64,000 nt of DNA from Candidatus Bathyarchaeota archaeon (GCA_963811105.1 CAWEPZ010000002.1:192001-256000); one strand, 5' to 3'; counted from the first letter of the stretch, positions 52,760 through 62,187 are shown. The notes: generated by a model not told the origin, from the sequence alone. A program made the numbers and translations.

Positions 52760-52895
52760 CTTATGTAAGGAAACGATCCAAGGCAACTCCAAACAGACTT
52801 CCGACTACCTTTTACTCCATTTCATCCACACTTAAATTTCTTTCACCTATGTATTTCAGTCAACATTCTGTTATCAGCGAACCAAGTCGCCTACG
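52760..52895 (-). mobile_element. Second relic of the IS110 3' non-coding end, at the same position in a family A box
   Basis: CTTATGTAAGGAAACGATCCAAGGC...TTATCAGCGAACCAAGTCGC homologous to 36258-36395; preceded by GTCAAACTTTCT (52748-52759). Confidence 0.85.
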
Positions 52896-53365
52896 CCATT
52901 GATTGTCAATTAGGGAAGCGGGAATTCTGGCAAATGGCCACGTAAAACGTCGCCGTGGACCTTAGCGACGAAACCCATCCGCTGCATCGCAAACATAAAC
53001 AGGATATCTGGTGTAACGCATCGATTGAATTTAAAACGGTAATTACTCTCAAAGACACATCTTTTTATTAACACGCAGCTGGTACCCGCCATAACCCAGC
53101 CGTTAAGGATCTTGCCCTCAACAGCGTTTAGTGGTAAATACCAAACAGTCATGTTTTCATCTATGAAGCCTAGAATTAAGCCTTGGCCGTTATGTCGACG
53201 CACAAACCCACAAGCAATATCAACATTTAAGCCGAGTAACTTCTGGATAGAAATGAATTAGGACTGTAGTCAATCAAACCTGGAGCCAAAGGAATTACTC
53301 ACGCTCAATAGGAAATAAAGTACTTCCAAAAGCTAAGACCTACATTTCACTCCGCAGATGAGTAC

Positions 53366-53420
53366 CTTGATAAAGTTAAGTTTATCAAGCTTTTCATTTA
53401 AAATTTAGTTTATGCTTTTC
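53366..53420 (-). repeat. Repeat family B copy with a perfect 9-6-9 palindrome
   Basis: CTTGATAAA-GTTAAG-TTTATCAAG at 53366-53389, just after the RRHRKTINQA* gene. Confidence 0.9.
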
Positions 53421-53421
53421 T

Positions 53422-54498
53422 TTACGCTTGATTGATAGTTTTTCGATGCCTTCTATTAAGCAGTAAGCTAATGGCACCTATCAAGATTACGACAGCCACT
53501 ATAACAGTAATCGTTAGTGGGGAGACACTATTAATTATTGTAGTAGGTGTTGGCGTTGGAGCTATTGAGTTAATATCGACTGGTTGTCTTAACGGATAGT
53601 GGTCAACGTTGTTTTGGTCAATGACATATGTTCCACTTCCATTGTAGTCACTCCAATAGTTGTTTTTCCAAGTGTTAATTGAAGGAACATAAATTGGCAT
53701 GTTTGCTTTAGGATTGCGCTGATTAATCTGCTGGTTAATTTCGTTAAGGTTTTGATAATGGGAAAACAGGTCTTGAGCTTGTATAGTATTTCCAATTAAG
53801 CTGTTTTGATAAAAGGAGTTATTTGAAGAAGTGATAAAATTAATACCACTTCCAAAGTTAGCAATTCTGTTGGCTTCAATAAAGTTGTTATTGCTGTCTT
53901 CTATACGAAAAGCGCTTGCCTTCAAAGAAGAGCAAAATAGGTTGTCGTTATGGATAATTGAAGAATTAGTGGAAATCAGGAATATTGCAGCTTGGTCAAA
54001 CCTATCTTCTAAGTTGTTTCCTTCAACCAATACATTAGTGGAATGTGATATTTCAAATCCAAACGCATATGTGGTTACTGAGTTGTTTAAGAGATTGATA
54101 TTTGAGGAACTGTACACCTCTATGGCAGAATCAAAGCCTGAGAGAACAAAGTTCTTGACAGTTATCCCATTTACAAAGTCAAGTCTAATTCCTTGTGACC
54201 CAGCTCCCTTGATAGAGTGGTTTTCACCATCTAGAATAGTATTAGCTCTTTGAACCACAATGTTGTATACTGTAGTGTTGAAAAGAGAGTATGTTTCTGC
54301 TGATAAGTTGCTGGTTAAATGATATTCATTGCTTCCAATTCTGCTAATAGGTGCATCTGATGGATCAACGCTCCCATCACTTGCTATGACAATAGACCTC
54401 ACATTAGGAGGACCCAAGGGATTAGCTTGGGCAACTTCAAGTGGCAAAAGGAATAATATTAAGCAAATTAACGACACAGCAACAAATACTTTCTTCAT
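53422..54498 (-). CDS. NosD/beta-helix surface protein with RRHRKT anchor
   Basis: AQANP signal, IASDGSVDP, NYWSDYNG, DHYPL, TM + NRRHRKT. Confidence 0.88.
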   Translation of the reverse strand: MKKVFVAVSLICLILFLLPLEVAQANPLGPPNVRSIVIASDGSVDPSDAPISRIGSNEYHLTSNLSAETYSLFNTTVYNIVVQRANTILDGENHSIKGAGSQGIRLDFVNGITVKNFVLSGFDSAIEVYSSSNINLLNNSVTTYAFGFEISHSTNVLVEGNNLEDRFDQAAIFLISTNSSIIHNDNLFCSSLKASAFRIEDSNNNFIEANRIANFGSGINFITSSNNSFYQNSLIGNTIQAQDLFSHYQNLNEINQQINQRNPKANMPIYVPSINTWKNNYWSDYNGSGTYVIDQNNVDHYPLRQPVDINSIAPTPTPTTIINSVSPLTITVIVAVVILIGAISLLLNRRHRKTINQA

Positions 54499-54519
54499 AT
54501 TACCTAATTTATTGCTGCT

Positions 54520-54583
54520 ACTTTATCCTTAAAAGATTTGCAGTAAAGATTCCTTGACTAAACTTAGTCAAACTTTCTTGACT
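54520..54583 (-). repeat. Family A site plus promoter (near-identical to 45977-46040)
   Basis: GTAAAGATTCCTTGAC-TAAACTTA-GTCAAACTTTCTTGAC. Confidence 0.93.
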
Positions 54584-54690
54584 AAGTTGTGATAACAGCT
54601 AAAAACGATTGGCAAGTTTTTTGCAGAAAAAAGCTAATATTTGCAAAGAAACAAAATAAGAAGAGAAACTGATGTCTCTGCCCGTGCAGG

Positions 54691-55104
54691 TCAGTTATCG
54701 CCAATCCATATTACGTCAGTTAGATTTTTGAAATGTTCATCGCCAGTTAAGATCTTGCAGCCCTTTACTTTTGCGGTAGCGTAAATGATCGCATCAAATA
54801 AGCCAGGAGTATTCTGTTTGAGATTTTTTGCGTTCTTGATAAGCTCTAATTGGCATTTTGCCGCTTCCAAAGCAATTATAGTATCAATTGGAATGATTGC
54901 TGACGCGTTTGTTATTATCTCTATCCAGCCGGTGATAGTCTGTTCATCTGCGCCTTCTCTGAAGAACTTTCTAGCAGTCTCCGCCAAGACTATATCCGGA
55001 GTATATACTTCCTCGGCTTTTTCAAGAAGGTCTTTTACCTTAGAGCCTACCTCGCTGCCTAAAAGTAATTCAATCCATGCATAAGTGTCAATTACGATCT
55101 TCAC
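54691..55104 (-). CDS. vapC: VapC-family PIN toxin
   Basis: IVIDTYAWIE, VLAE, GLFDAIIYATA, LTGDEHF. Confidence 0.9.
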   Translation of the reverse strand: MKIVIDTYAWIELLLGSEVGSKVKDLLEKAEEVYTPDIVLAETARKFFREGADEQTITGWIEIITNASAIIPIDTIIALEAAKCQLELIKNAKNLKQNTPGLFDAIIYATAKVKGCKILTGDEHFKNLTDVIWIGDN

Positions 55105-55306
55105 CGCGGTCTTCCTCGGTAAATGGCTTAATTTGCCCTCGAGCGGCTCCATATGCACTTTCTAAAACTACTTTGCGTTGTTTTTTTATTAGTAACTGTA
55201 TTGTTTCATCAAGACTTTCAGCTTTCAGTCTTTTCCGAGTGTTTTCAAGGCTTTCAGCGGTTCTTTTTGAAACTCGAATTGTGGTGGCTTCGGTCAATAG
55301 TATCAC
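55088..55306 (-). CDS. vapB: VapB-type (RHH-like) antitoxin
   Basis: TTIRVSKRT..SLDETIQLLI; overlaps vapC. Confidence 0.8.
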   Translation of the reverse strand: MILLTEATTIRVSKRTAESLENTRKRLKAESLDETIQLLIKKQRKVVLESAYGAARGQIKPFTEEDRGEDRN

Positions 55307-55380
55307 TGCTAAATATTAATGATGCATGCATATAAGCATATATATTTCACAATTTCAGCAATTTGCGTATAATTGACAGG

Positions 55381-55482
55381 CTAATTATAGTTAGGTGCTA
55401 GTCTTTTCCTTACGATAGTCAGTGCGATTGTTGTTGTGAGTAGTATGGTTAGGATTGTTAACCAAGAAAACTCAGGAACGGT
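55381..55482 (-). pseudogene. Orphan PEF tail
   Basis: TVPEFSWLTILTILLTTTIALTIVRKRLAPNYN* beginning ~35 nt after the stop of 55519-56304, with no passenger. Confidence 0.8.
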
Positions 55483-55518
55483 AACTACCCGCTAAAAGAA
55501 ACACAATAGAAACTTTGC

Positions 55519-56304
55519 TCATTTGTTAGGTATTTTTGGATGCTTCTTTCTAATTATGAGAACTAAAGTAATTATAGCGATAACTAATGCAAGTATTAAC
55601 ACAATTAGAAGAGCTATGTTTTGGTTAATAGCATTATGAGAATTAGAGCTAATTATTGTTTGAGTTTGAGTTGGAGTTTGTAATGTGTCAATGGTAAAAT
55701 CTACAGATGATGATCCTTCCATGAAGTAATAGTTGGAATAGACATTGAGAAAGTTGCCAACAATTATGCCACTTGGACTAACAGGTTGCTTAACATTTTG
55801 TCTTCCAGTCTCAAACTCGTACAATGCGCTTGCATAGACTGTGACTGTTTTTGGTCCATCCGCTATATTTGAAAAAGTAACAGAGAAGGGTAAGGTCTGA
55901 TTGACAAGTTGGCTATTTGATCCAAAATCAATGGTAATATTATCTGATTGCCAACTTGGTTTAACACAAATTCCTTGAAAAGTAATATTGATGGGGTGAT
56001 AAATTGAATAAGAGTGATAATTAGTTGGTGCCTCTAAAGTCAAATTAAAGGTTAAAGTTAAGTTGTTTGAAGATAGAACAGTTTTGTTAATCATAGATGT
56101 GATTTCTATTTTTGGTTGCTCTGTTCCCTTTTGAGGTATTATCTCCGTTGGGAAATATTCAGTTGTATAAGAATCACCTTTATGGTAAGTTGAATGGGGT
56201 GTAGGTGCAACATTAACAATTGACTCAGCAGACACTGAAGGAATCAACAAAATTAGAATGATAATTGAGCTGACTGGTATTATCTTTGATTTCATATTCT
56301 CCAT
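55519..56304 (-). CDS. Secreted Ig-like protein with C-terminal TM anchor
   Basis: Signal peptide, IADGPKTVTVYA, VDFTIDT, TM + RKKH. Confidence 0.78.
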   Translation of the reverse strand: MENMKSKIIPVSSIIILILLIPSVSAESIVNVAPTPHSTYHKGDSYTTEYFPTEIIPQKGTEQPKIEITSMINKTVLSSNNLTLTFNLTLEAPTNYHSYSIYHPINITFQGICVKPSWQSDNITIDFGSNSQLVNQTLPFSVTFSNIADGPKTVTVYASALYEFETGRQNVKQPVSPSGIIVGNFLNVYSNYYFMEGSSSVDFTIDTLQTPTQTQTIISSNSHNAINQNIALLIVLILALVIAIITLVLIIRKKHPKIPNK

Positions 56305-56407
56305 TATTAGGAATAAACTTTGATACTTTTAACTCTCCCATAGGAACAGCCTGTTCCGCTAGAAGAACACTTGATTAACCAAATATTTGAACAGTTTTTA
56401 TTTTCAC

Positions 56408-57553
56408 CTAAACTTGTTTCCGATATCTCTGAACCGAAAAGATACATGTTATGGCGATAATGGCAAGTATCAGTGCTCCGGCGATAACAAAGAAGTCTGA
56501 GGTGGATATCAACTGTGAGTTTACTTGCTGATTAGATGTATTACTGGGTAAATTGCTTGTTGAGTTAGTTTGCAGGCTGCTGGTTGGTTGGGAAACAGCC
56601 GAAGATGTAGTGGTCGATTGGTTGATTGTTGCTTGATTTTCATTCCACTCAACTGGATTGGGGTTAACTCCAACAACGCTTAAAGGTGTTCCAAGCATCT
56701 GGGCACTTGCTTGACCAGAAGCTGCGAGTACATTAACGGTTAAGCAAAGACTTGAATCATTATACAGCATTAACCAGCAAGGAACGTACACATTGCTATT
56801 TTGAGATGACAAAGTCATGCGCGAACTATCAAGCGTGATGTTGTTTGCAAAAATAATTGTATCGTTGTTTTTAGGTTTAGAAAAGACGTTAGTTAAAAGG
56901 TAGTTAGCAGCAATTTTTTCCGCTTGATCTTGTGAAACCTTGACATCGATGTTGCCAAGAGTATGATCTAGACTGCTTCTTAATCTGTAAAATAATCCAT
57001 AATTGAACTCCAGATTTAGTCCTGCATATTCAAGTCCATTCCAAGTATAAGACCAGTGATAAATTGTTGAATTAACAGCGTTTGGAATACTAAGGACACT
57101 TTGGGTTAATGTTAGGTTTCCATAAGTAATATTTCTGCTCGATCCTAGTGCACTAAATGTTTTCGTAAAAGGAGATTCGTCTAATTGATTGGCTTTTCCA
57201 AAACCTTCTAGAGAATGAATGGCAGCCGCAGTTCGATTCTCATATACGCCGGTTGAAGGTTGGCCTGAAATCGGTCTTAGGTCTAACTCTATGAATTTGC
57301 CGTCTGTAAATTGAACTACTGTGCTTAGTTTGCAAGAGTCTGAGGTTAATTCATAAGTTACAACCACGCTTGAAGTCATGTTAGTTGTTTTTGGCTCTGA
57401 TAACTGATAGTTGCTAAAATCAAGAGGTAAAATATTTGTTATGTAATTAAGGGCTTGTTGCTCAAGCGTAGGATCTTGAGCTCGCATGGGAGGCATTAGC
57501 CCCAAAATAAACAGAAGACCGATAGCGAAGACAATGAGGTGCATTTTCTTCAT
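56408..57553 (-). CDS. Secreted hypothetical protein with C-terminal TM anchor
   Basis: Signal MKKMHLIVFAIG..MRAQ, Ser/Thr/Asn linker, TM + RYRK. Confidence 0.78.
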   Translation of the reverse strand: MKKMHLIVFAIGLLFILGLMPPMRAQDPTLEQQALNYITNILPLDFSNYQLSEPKTTNMTSSVVVTYELTSDSCKLSTVVQFTDGKFIELDLRPISGQPSTGVYENRTAAAIHSLEGFGKANQLDESPFTKTFSALGSSRNITYGNLTLTQSVLSIPNAVNSTIYHWSYTWNGLEYAGLNLEFNYGLFYRLRSSLDHTLGNIDVKVSQDQAEKIAANYLLTNVFSKPKNNDTIIFANNITLDSSRMTLSSQNSNVYVPCWLMLYNDSSLCLTVNVLAASGQASAQMLGTPLSVVGVNPNPVEWNENQATINQSTTTSSAVSQPTSSLQTNSTSNLPSNTSNQQVNSQLISTSDFFVIAGALILAIIAITCIFSVQRYRKQV

Positions 57554-57673
57554 TAGGCATCCACAAAATACATTCTTGCATGTCATATTTAGCTCTCCTA
57601 CTGGAACAAAGTGTTCCAAAACTGGAACAGATACATTTCATAGACATCACAGATATTCAACTTGACTGATTTT

Positions 57674-58294
57674 CTATGTCAAACATTTCTTTGTAGTTTT
57701 TTTCACAACTATAGATAGAGCAATTGGAATGGCGAGTAGTAAGGGTAGAATTGTTAACCAAGAAAACTCTGGAACAGAAGGAGATGGGGAATTTTTGGGG
57801 GGTAGAGATGGAGAGGGTGATGTTGTTGGTTGTGCTACGGGCGACGACTGAACAGTAACAACTATTCCCATTGGCTGAAAAGACTGGTATTCGCTTTCTC
57901 CGTTTGAATCGGTTATCCGCAACGAAATGCCGTATCTTCCAAGAGTGGATTCAACGAATTTGAATGTTGATATATTGGAATTTGGAACGGCAACTGTAAA
58001 CCAGCGCTCAGGTGGTAAAGCTGTGTCTAAGTAAGTAATATACCATTGGTAAGTGTATGGAGGTGTTCCACCTTTTCCGTGTGCGGTGAACTCAGTTGGT
58101 TGGTTTATTCCAGTTGTTCTCCACCATGGTTGGTCTACAATCACTGTTGGGCTGTCAATTGCCAATACCGCATACTTTGGTTTAGTTCCATAACTTCCAA
58201 TTAGATTAGCCATAGTTAACTCAGCACACGGAATTATGCTAAGCAATGATAACAAGATAAGGCAAGAGACAAATAGTTTTCTCATCCATGTCAC
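57674..58294 (-). CDS. PKD/Ig-like surface protein with PEF tail
   Basis: GGTPPYTYQWY, VPEFSWLTILPLLLAIPIAL; stop lies within a degenerate family A site (57661-57690). Confidence 0.82.
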   Translation of the reverse strand: MTWMRKLFVSCLILLSLLSIIPCAELTMANLIGSYGTKPKYAVLAIDSPTVIVDQPWWRTTGINQPTEFTAHGKGGTPPYTYQWYITYLDTALPPERWFTVAVPNSNISTFKFVESTLGRYGISLRITDSNGESEYQSFQPMGIVVTVQSSPVAQPTTSPSPSLPPKNSPSPSVPEFSWLTILPLLLAIPIALSIVVKKTTKKCLT

Positions 58295-58332
58295 TTATTT
58301 CTACTAAGAGTTATCTTCATAAGAGTTTTTTC

Positions 58333-58491
58333 GTCAAACTTTCTCGACTATATTCTTTTTTGTCAAACATTTTTCTGCACTTTCTTCCTAATTATCGCCA
58401 GTGCAATTGGTATTGTGAGTAGTAAGGATAGAATTGTTAGCCAAGAAAACTCTGGAACAGAAGGCGTTGGAGTTGGTATACCTTGATTCAT
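58333..58491 (-). pseudogene. Orphan PEF tail + family A site + promoter of the next gene
   Basis: PTPTPSVPEFSWLTILSLLLTIPIALAIIRKKVQKNV* (stop 58363-58365); box GTCAAACTTTCTCGAC at 58333-58348. Confidence 0.8.
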
Positions 58492-58673
58492 TGGCTCACA
58501 CCTATTAGATGATTGTACAAATAACATTGCTAACACTTTGAAAATTTACGGACCAAAATAAATAAACTCTGAAGAAACATTCCAAGGCTAACCAATTCCT
58601 TTTATAATTTTGTGCAATGCTTTTGGATTAGGGTTATGGTTTCAGCGGGTCATAACTTTTTGGTTTCTGCGGG

Positions 58674-59171
58674 TTATAACTTTTCAAAGACTTCATATTC
58701 AACTTCATCGTTAAACGGCTTAAGTGCTTTAAGCAATCCTTTATCCAAAGTTGCAATGAAAACTTTTTCCTTAGCTTCCTTATTGAGCTGGACGATAAGT
58801 GCGATAAGTTCTGGATCTCCCTTCTTTACTGCATATTCTGGCGTTGCCTCCAGCTTACTCAGGTGCTTTCTGACATTGTCTATTACTTTTGAGTATTTTC
58901 TATAATTCACCGTTTCAACTTGAATTAGTCCTTGTTCTATACTTGTGCTTATTCTTTTTACAGAATCCAATATTTTATTTGCTAATTCTGGGGATGTTTC
59001 TCTTATTTTTTCTGCTAAACTTTTTGGGTCATCGATGACTTCCTGTGCTATCGCTTTGGGAATAATGATTTTGTAGTTTTCTTTCTTTTTCTGAAGCAAG
59101 AAATCAACTAGCTTCCCTTTCCTGTCATAGAATATGAGAGTTGATGAATCTACTACAAGATACCTAGGCAT
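58674..59171 (-). CDS. PIN-domain protein (putative toxin)
   Basis: LVVDSSTLI, IPKAIAQEV, GDPELIAL, IATLD. Confidence 0.78.
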   Translation of the reverse strand: MPRYLVVDSSTLIFYDRKGKLVDFLLQKKKENYKIIIPKAIAQEVIDDPKSLAEKIRETSPELANKILDSVKRISTSIEQGLIQVETVNYRKYSKVIDNVRKHLSKLEATPEYAVKKGDPELIALIVQLNKEAKEKVFIATLDKGLLKALKPFNDEVEYEVFEKL

Positions 59172-59613
59172 CGATGCCACCGACTTCGTCGAGAAGGGAG
59201 ACAAACTCATAGTAGGTTATTCCTAAAGTAGCGGCTGCTTGTCTAAACGTCATCTTTTCAGCCTTTACTTTTTCTGCAACTTTGTTGAATTTCTGGATCC
59301 CTTCATCTCCAAAGCGGTTTTTGTAGAGATCCAACATCGTTTGTTCCTCGAATGCCTCCATTAACTTCTCAGGTGAAACTTCAAGCTTGAAATCACCTGC
59401 AAAATATATTTTCGTGTTACCTTTAGCTTCGCTTTCAACAGCGCTTGCAGCTTCAAGCTCTCTTAGGTACTTGTAGACGGTTGGCAGGGGATATCCTAAG
59501 TGTTTTCCTATGCCTTCTGCGGTTTCGCCTCTATGTTTTGCTAAGTGCGCGATTATCTTTGCCTTGTTCGGATTCCCTATCGCTCGAAGAATTGAAACTG
59601 TTTTCTCAGCCAT
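59164..59613 (-). CDS. ArsR-type wHTH protein with C-terminal UPF0175-like HTH (putative antitoxin)
   Basis: LRAIGNPNKAKII..TVYKYLREL; MTFRQAAATLGITYYEF. Confidence 0.75.
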   Translation of the reverse strand: MAEKTVSILRAIGNPNKAKIIAHLAKHRGETAEGIGKHLGYPLPTVYKYLRELEAASAVESEAKGNTKIYFAGDFKLEVSPEKLMEAFEEQTMLDLYKNRFGDEGIQKFNKVAEKVKAEKMTFRQAAATLGITYYEFVSLLDEVGGIDA

Positions 59614-59734
59614 AAACGGTCAGTTAATAAAATATATAATGACAACTATAAACGATTCGGATTAAAAAAAATATATCATAGGATCCATCTTTTAGTCCAG
59701 AACAAGCAAATTATCCTAAAAGTTTTTCAGCTAT

Positions 59735-60334
59735 TTAGTGCTGGGCTAAGGCATACTTTGATTTGTCCACAGATTGGGGTGTAAATTTTACAGGCAAGAC
59801 AGTTTCAACCGTGATGAAGACAAGGTCTCCAACAGCTGACAAGCTGATTTCTGAATTTTCTAGTTGATAGAATCCAGCAAGTCGTTCAGGAAGTTTGAGG
59901 GTAACAACTCCAGGTCTTTTCTCGACAGAGACACACTCTACGGAAAATGCTTTTACGCCCCATTCTCCTACTTCATGAGGGGCAATCCCAATGGTTGACC
60001 TAGACAAAGCATAGACAAACGCCTTTTCCCTCCAAAGATCACAGCTGACCAACTCCGTTGGTATCCGTACTATATTATCCTGTTTCTTGTCAAAGTCTGC
60101 AGGATAAACCGTTTTGACCAGCATTCCTCTTTTCAAGTTATGTTTCACTGAAGCTTTGCCTTCAACAATCAAGCGGTTAACGCTTCCATCGGCCTTTCCG
60201 TTTGTCCACTCAAGGTTCTCGGCGATTTCAGCAATTGATATTCCTGGTTTCATCATGATTTCCTTTAAGACGGCAGCGTCGGTTAACCGCCCCTTTTTGT
60301 GCATAACTACGGGAGCACCTGAAAGCTGATTCAT
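59735..60334 (-). CDS. wHTH-containing hypothetical protein
   Basis: PGISIAEIAENLEWTNGKADGSVNRL HTH; beta-rich C-terminus. Confidence 0.65.
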   Translation of the reverse strand: MNQLSGAPVVMHKKGRLTDAAVLKEIMMKPGISIAEIAENLEWTNGKADGSVNRLIVEGKASVKHNLKRGMLVKTVYPADFDKKQDNIVRIPTELVSCDLWREKAFVYALSRSTIGIAPHEVGEWGVKAFSVECVSVEKRPGVVTLKLPERLAGFYQLENSEISLSAVGDLVFITVETVLPVKFTPQSVDKSKYALAQH

Positions 60335-60435
60335 GAATGTCACTGTCGATATTAAGATGCAGTAAGATACTAATAAGCGTTTAGAAGCTTCCAAACTATT
60401 ATCAAATTAACACCAAAAAACCATAAGACACCCCT

Positions 60436-60684
60436 ATGACCAAGCCAGTGCTCATAAGTCCCGCATCCTACAGATGGCTACAAAGACACCGATTCATCTC
60501 CGAAGAAGTTATAATAGGCATAACCCTAAACTGCCCAACAAGCGAACGCAAATACTCAGACAACAACAGATTCCAAATAATCTTCAAAAGAAGAAAAAAC
60601 GGAAAATTCGTAAACATCACATTATAGGTGGAAGAGCAAAAAGACTCATTTTACGTTGGCAAAATGCACTCAGAAAAATCATAA
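60436..60684 (+). pseudogene. Small RelE/BrnT-fold-like gene with in-frame TAG at 60625-60627
   Basis: Frame continues after the TAG: VNITL*VEEQKDSFYVGKMHSEKS*. Confidence 0.45.
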
Positions 60685-60809
60685 CGCGAAGCTAACAACC
60701 AAAATGGCTCCGCTCCATTATTGCTTTCTCCAAAACAAATTTGGTTCTGTTTGAAGAAACGTTGATGTGCTTTTGAATTCTGGTTTTGTTGTTTTTGTTG
60801 TTTTTTAGT

Positions 60810-61196
60810 GCTGAGTCTATCTGTCTGTGAAGAGGCAATATCCTCTCGGGTTAAATCTCGGTATCGATGAATTTATTTGGTCGGAGGGTTCGTGGATTTT
60901 TTTGTAAGATCCGCATACTTCTCCCTCCATTCTAGCAATTCAGATTCAAGCCCACGATAATCGACGTATTGCGCTATGAGTTCCTGGTATACTTTGACGC
61001 CCTGGATGATGGTGCGTAAACGCAAAACATCCGTCTTATCCAACTTTGGCGTCTCAAGACCTTTCAAGGCTGCAACTAAGGTCTTGAGTTCTTCCTCAAT
61101 TGAGGACAACTCAGGGGGCAAAACTAACTTATCAAAGGTAGTTGTTGATGGCGTGTTTTTTTCACCCTCATCAACAACTACTAAGCCTAAGCGCGA
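60810..61196 (-). pseudogene. Second provirus relic: 5'-truncated paralog of 30512-30970 plus start of the terminase-like gene
   Basis: LVLPPELSSIEEELKTLVAAL..LRTIIQGVKVYQ..KKSTNPPTK, then a degenerate PNKFIDT..TREDI..QTDRLS. Confidence 0.8.
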
Positions 61197-61431
61197 TGCT
61201 TTCATCTTTCAACCTCAAAAGAATTATTCCGGGAGGTTTGAAAAAGCCTGCCAGTCTTCCAAAGTCCTTATCATTGGTAATAATAACTCGACGCTCTTTG
61301 ACTGCTAACCTCAGGATCTCCTCATCTTCAGCTCCCTTCATGCATTCGATGACCGAGACCGAGTCATATTTCAACTCTTTGAGCTTCTGCGAAACCAAAA
61401 TTCCTGTGCATTCATCGACTAGAAACTTCAA
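61171..61431 (-). pseudogene. DUF5615 PIN-like toxin, C-terminally truncated at the junction with the provirus relic
   Basis: KFLVDEC, GAEDEEIL, RVIITNDKDFG, PPGIILLR; sequence switches to the relic at ~61196. Confidence 0.8.
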
Positions 61432-61441
61432 GTTTCCTAAC

Positions 61442-61687
61442 TCATGTAGCTGTGACGGGATAAGCTTCTTCTTCATCGGCAAGTTTGGCAGCATAGAGTA
61501 AGACAGCGGAAATATCTTCTCTGCAGAGATGCGGATAATCTCTAAGGATTTCATCCATAGACCATCCCTCAGCCATAAGTCTTAGGATTTGCTCTACAGT
61601 TACTCGCGTGCCCTTCACAACAGGTTTGCCGCCCATTATTTTTGGGTTTACAGCAATCCGCTTCAGAGGGTCTTGGTTATTTTTCAT
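61442..61687 (-). CDS. DUF433 antitoxin
   Basis: RIAVNPKIMGGKPVVKGTRVTV, ILRDYPHL..EDI. Confidence 0.92.
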   Translation of the reverse strand: MKNNQDPLKRIAVNPKIMGGKPVVKGTRVTVEQILRLMAEGWSMDEILRDYPHLCREDISAVLLYAAKLADEEEAYPVTAT

Positions 61688-61868
61688 TCAGGTACCTTCA
61701 AGTCAATTAATGGGGTTCCAATTAATAAAATATGACGATAACCCCGTACTGCACCCACTCCTCAGCCTGCAAAGGAACAAAACACCAGAATGCTGCGGCA
61801 GACCAATTCTTGAGTCTATGGACGAATAATCATTTTTAGTTGGAAACAAAAAAGAAAAAAGAGGATGT

Positions 61869-62063
61869 TTACAGCTTGTTGACTTTGTTCTTCCAGTAAA
61901 GCAGAATCGCGCCTGTCACGGTTGTAGCTAACGCAGTTGCCGGAGCCTTAATCTCCAGCGGGATCGGCAAAGAAGCAACAAACGTAGTAGTAGCGCCCGC
62001 AACTGTGCCAGCCAAAACGATCAAGGCTTCCTTATACTCAGACACCTCTACCTCAACAACCAA
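61869..62063 (-). CDS. Small two-TM protein (holin-like size)
   Basis: GGTGA RBS, two hydrophobic helices, basic C-terminus; duplicated at 62635-62769. Confidence 0.65.
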   Translation of the reverse strand: MVVEVEVSEYKEALIVLAGTVAGATTTFVASLPIPLEIKAPATALATTVTGAILLYWKNKVNKL

Positions 62064-62187
62064 ACAAAATCACCCCAAAAGTTAACCTAAAACAGAAATG
62101 CGAACTCTACCCAAGAAAGATTCAAACATTCAGTTAGAAGAGAAGATTTTAGTAAGCGCATTAACTAATCCTAAATTGTGATCTATT

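Noticed and set aside
60625-60627. Pyrrolysine readthrough of the in-frame TAG
   Set aside because: No pyl genes in view, TAG is used as a normal stop elsewhere in the window, and a TGG-to-TAG mutation is simpler.
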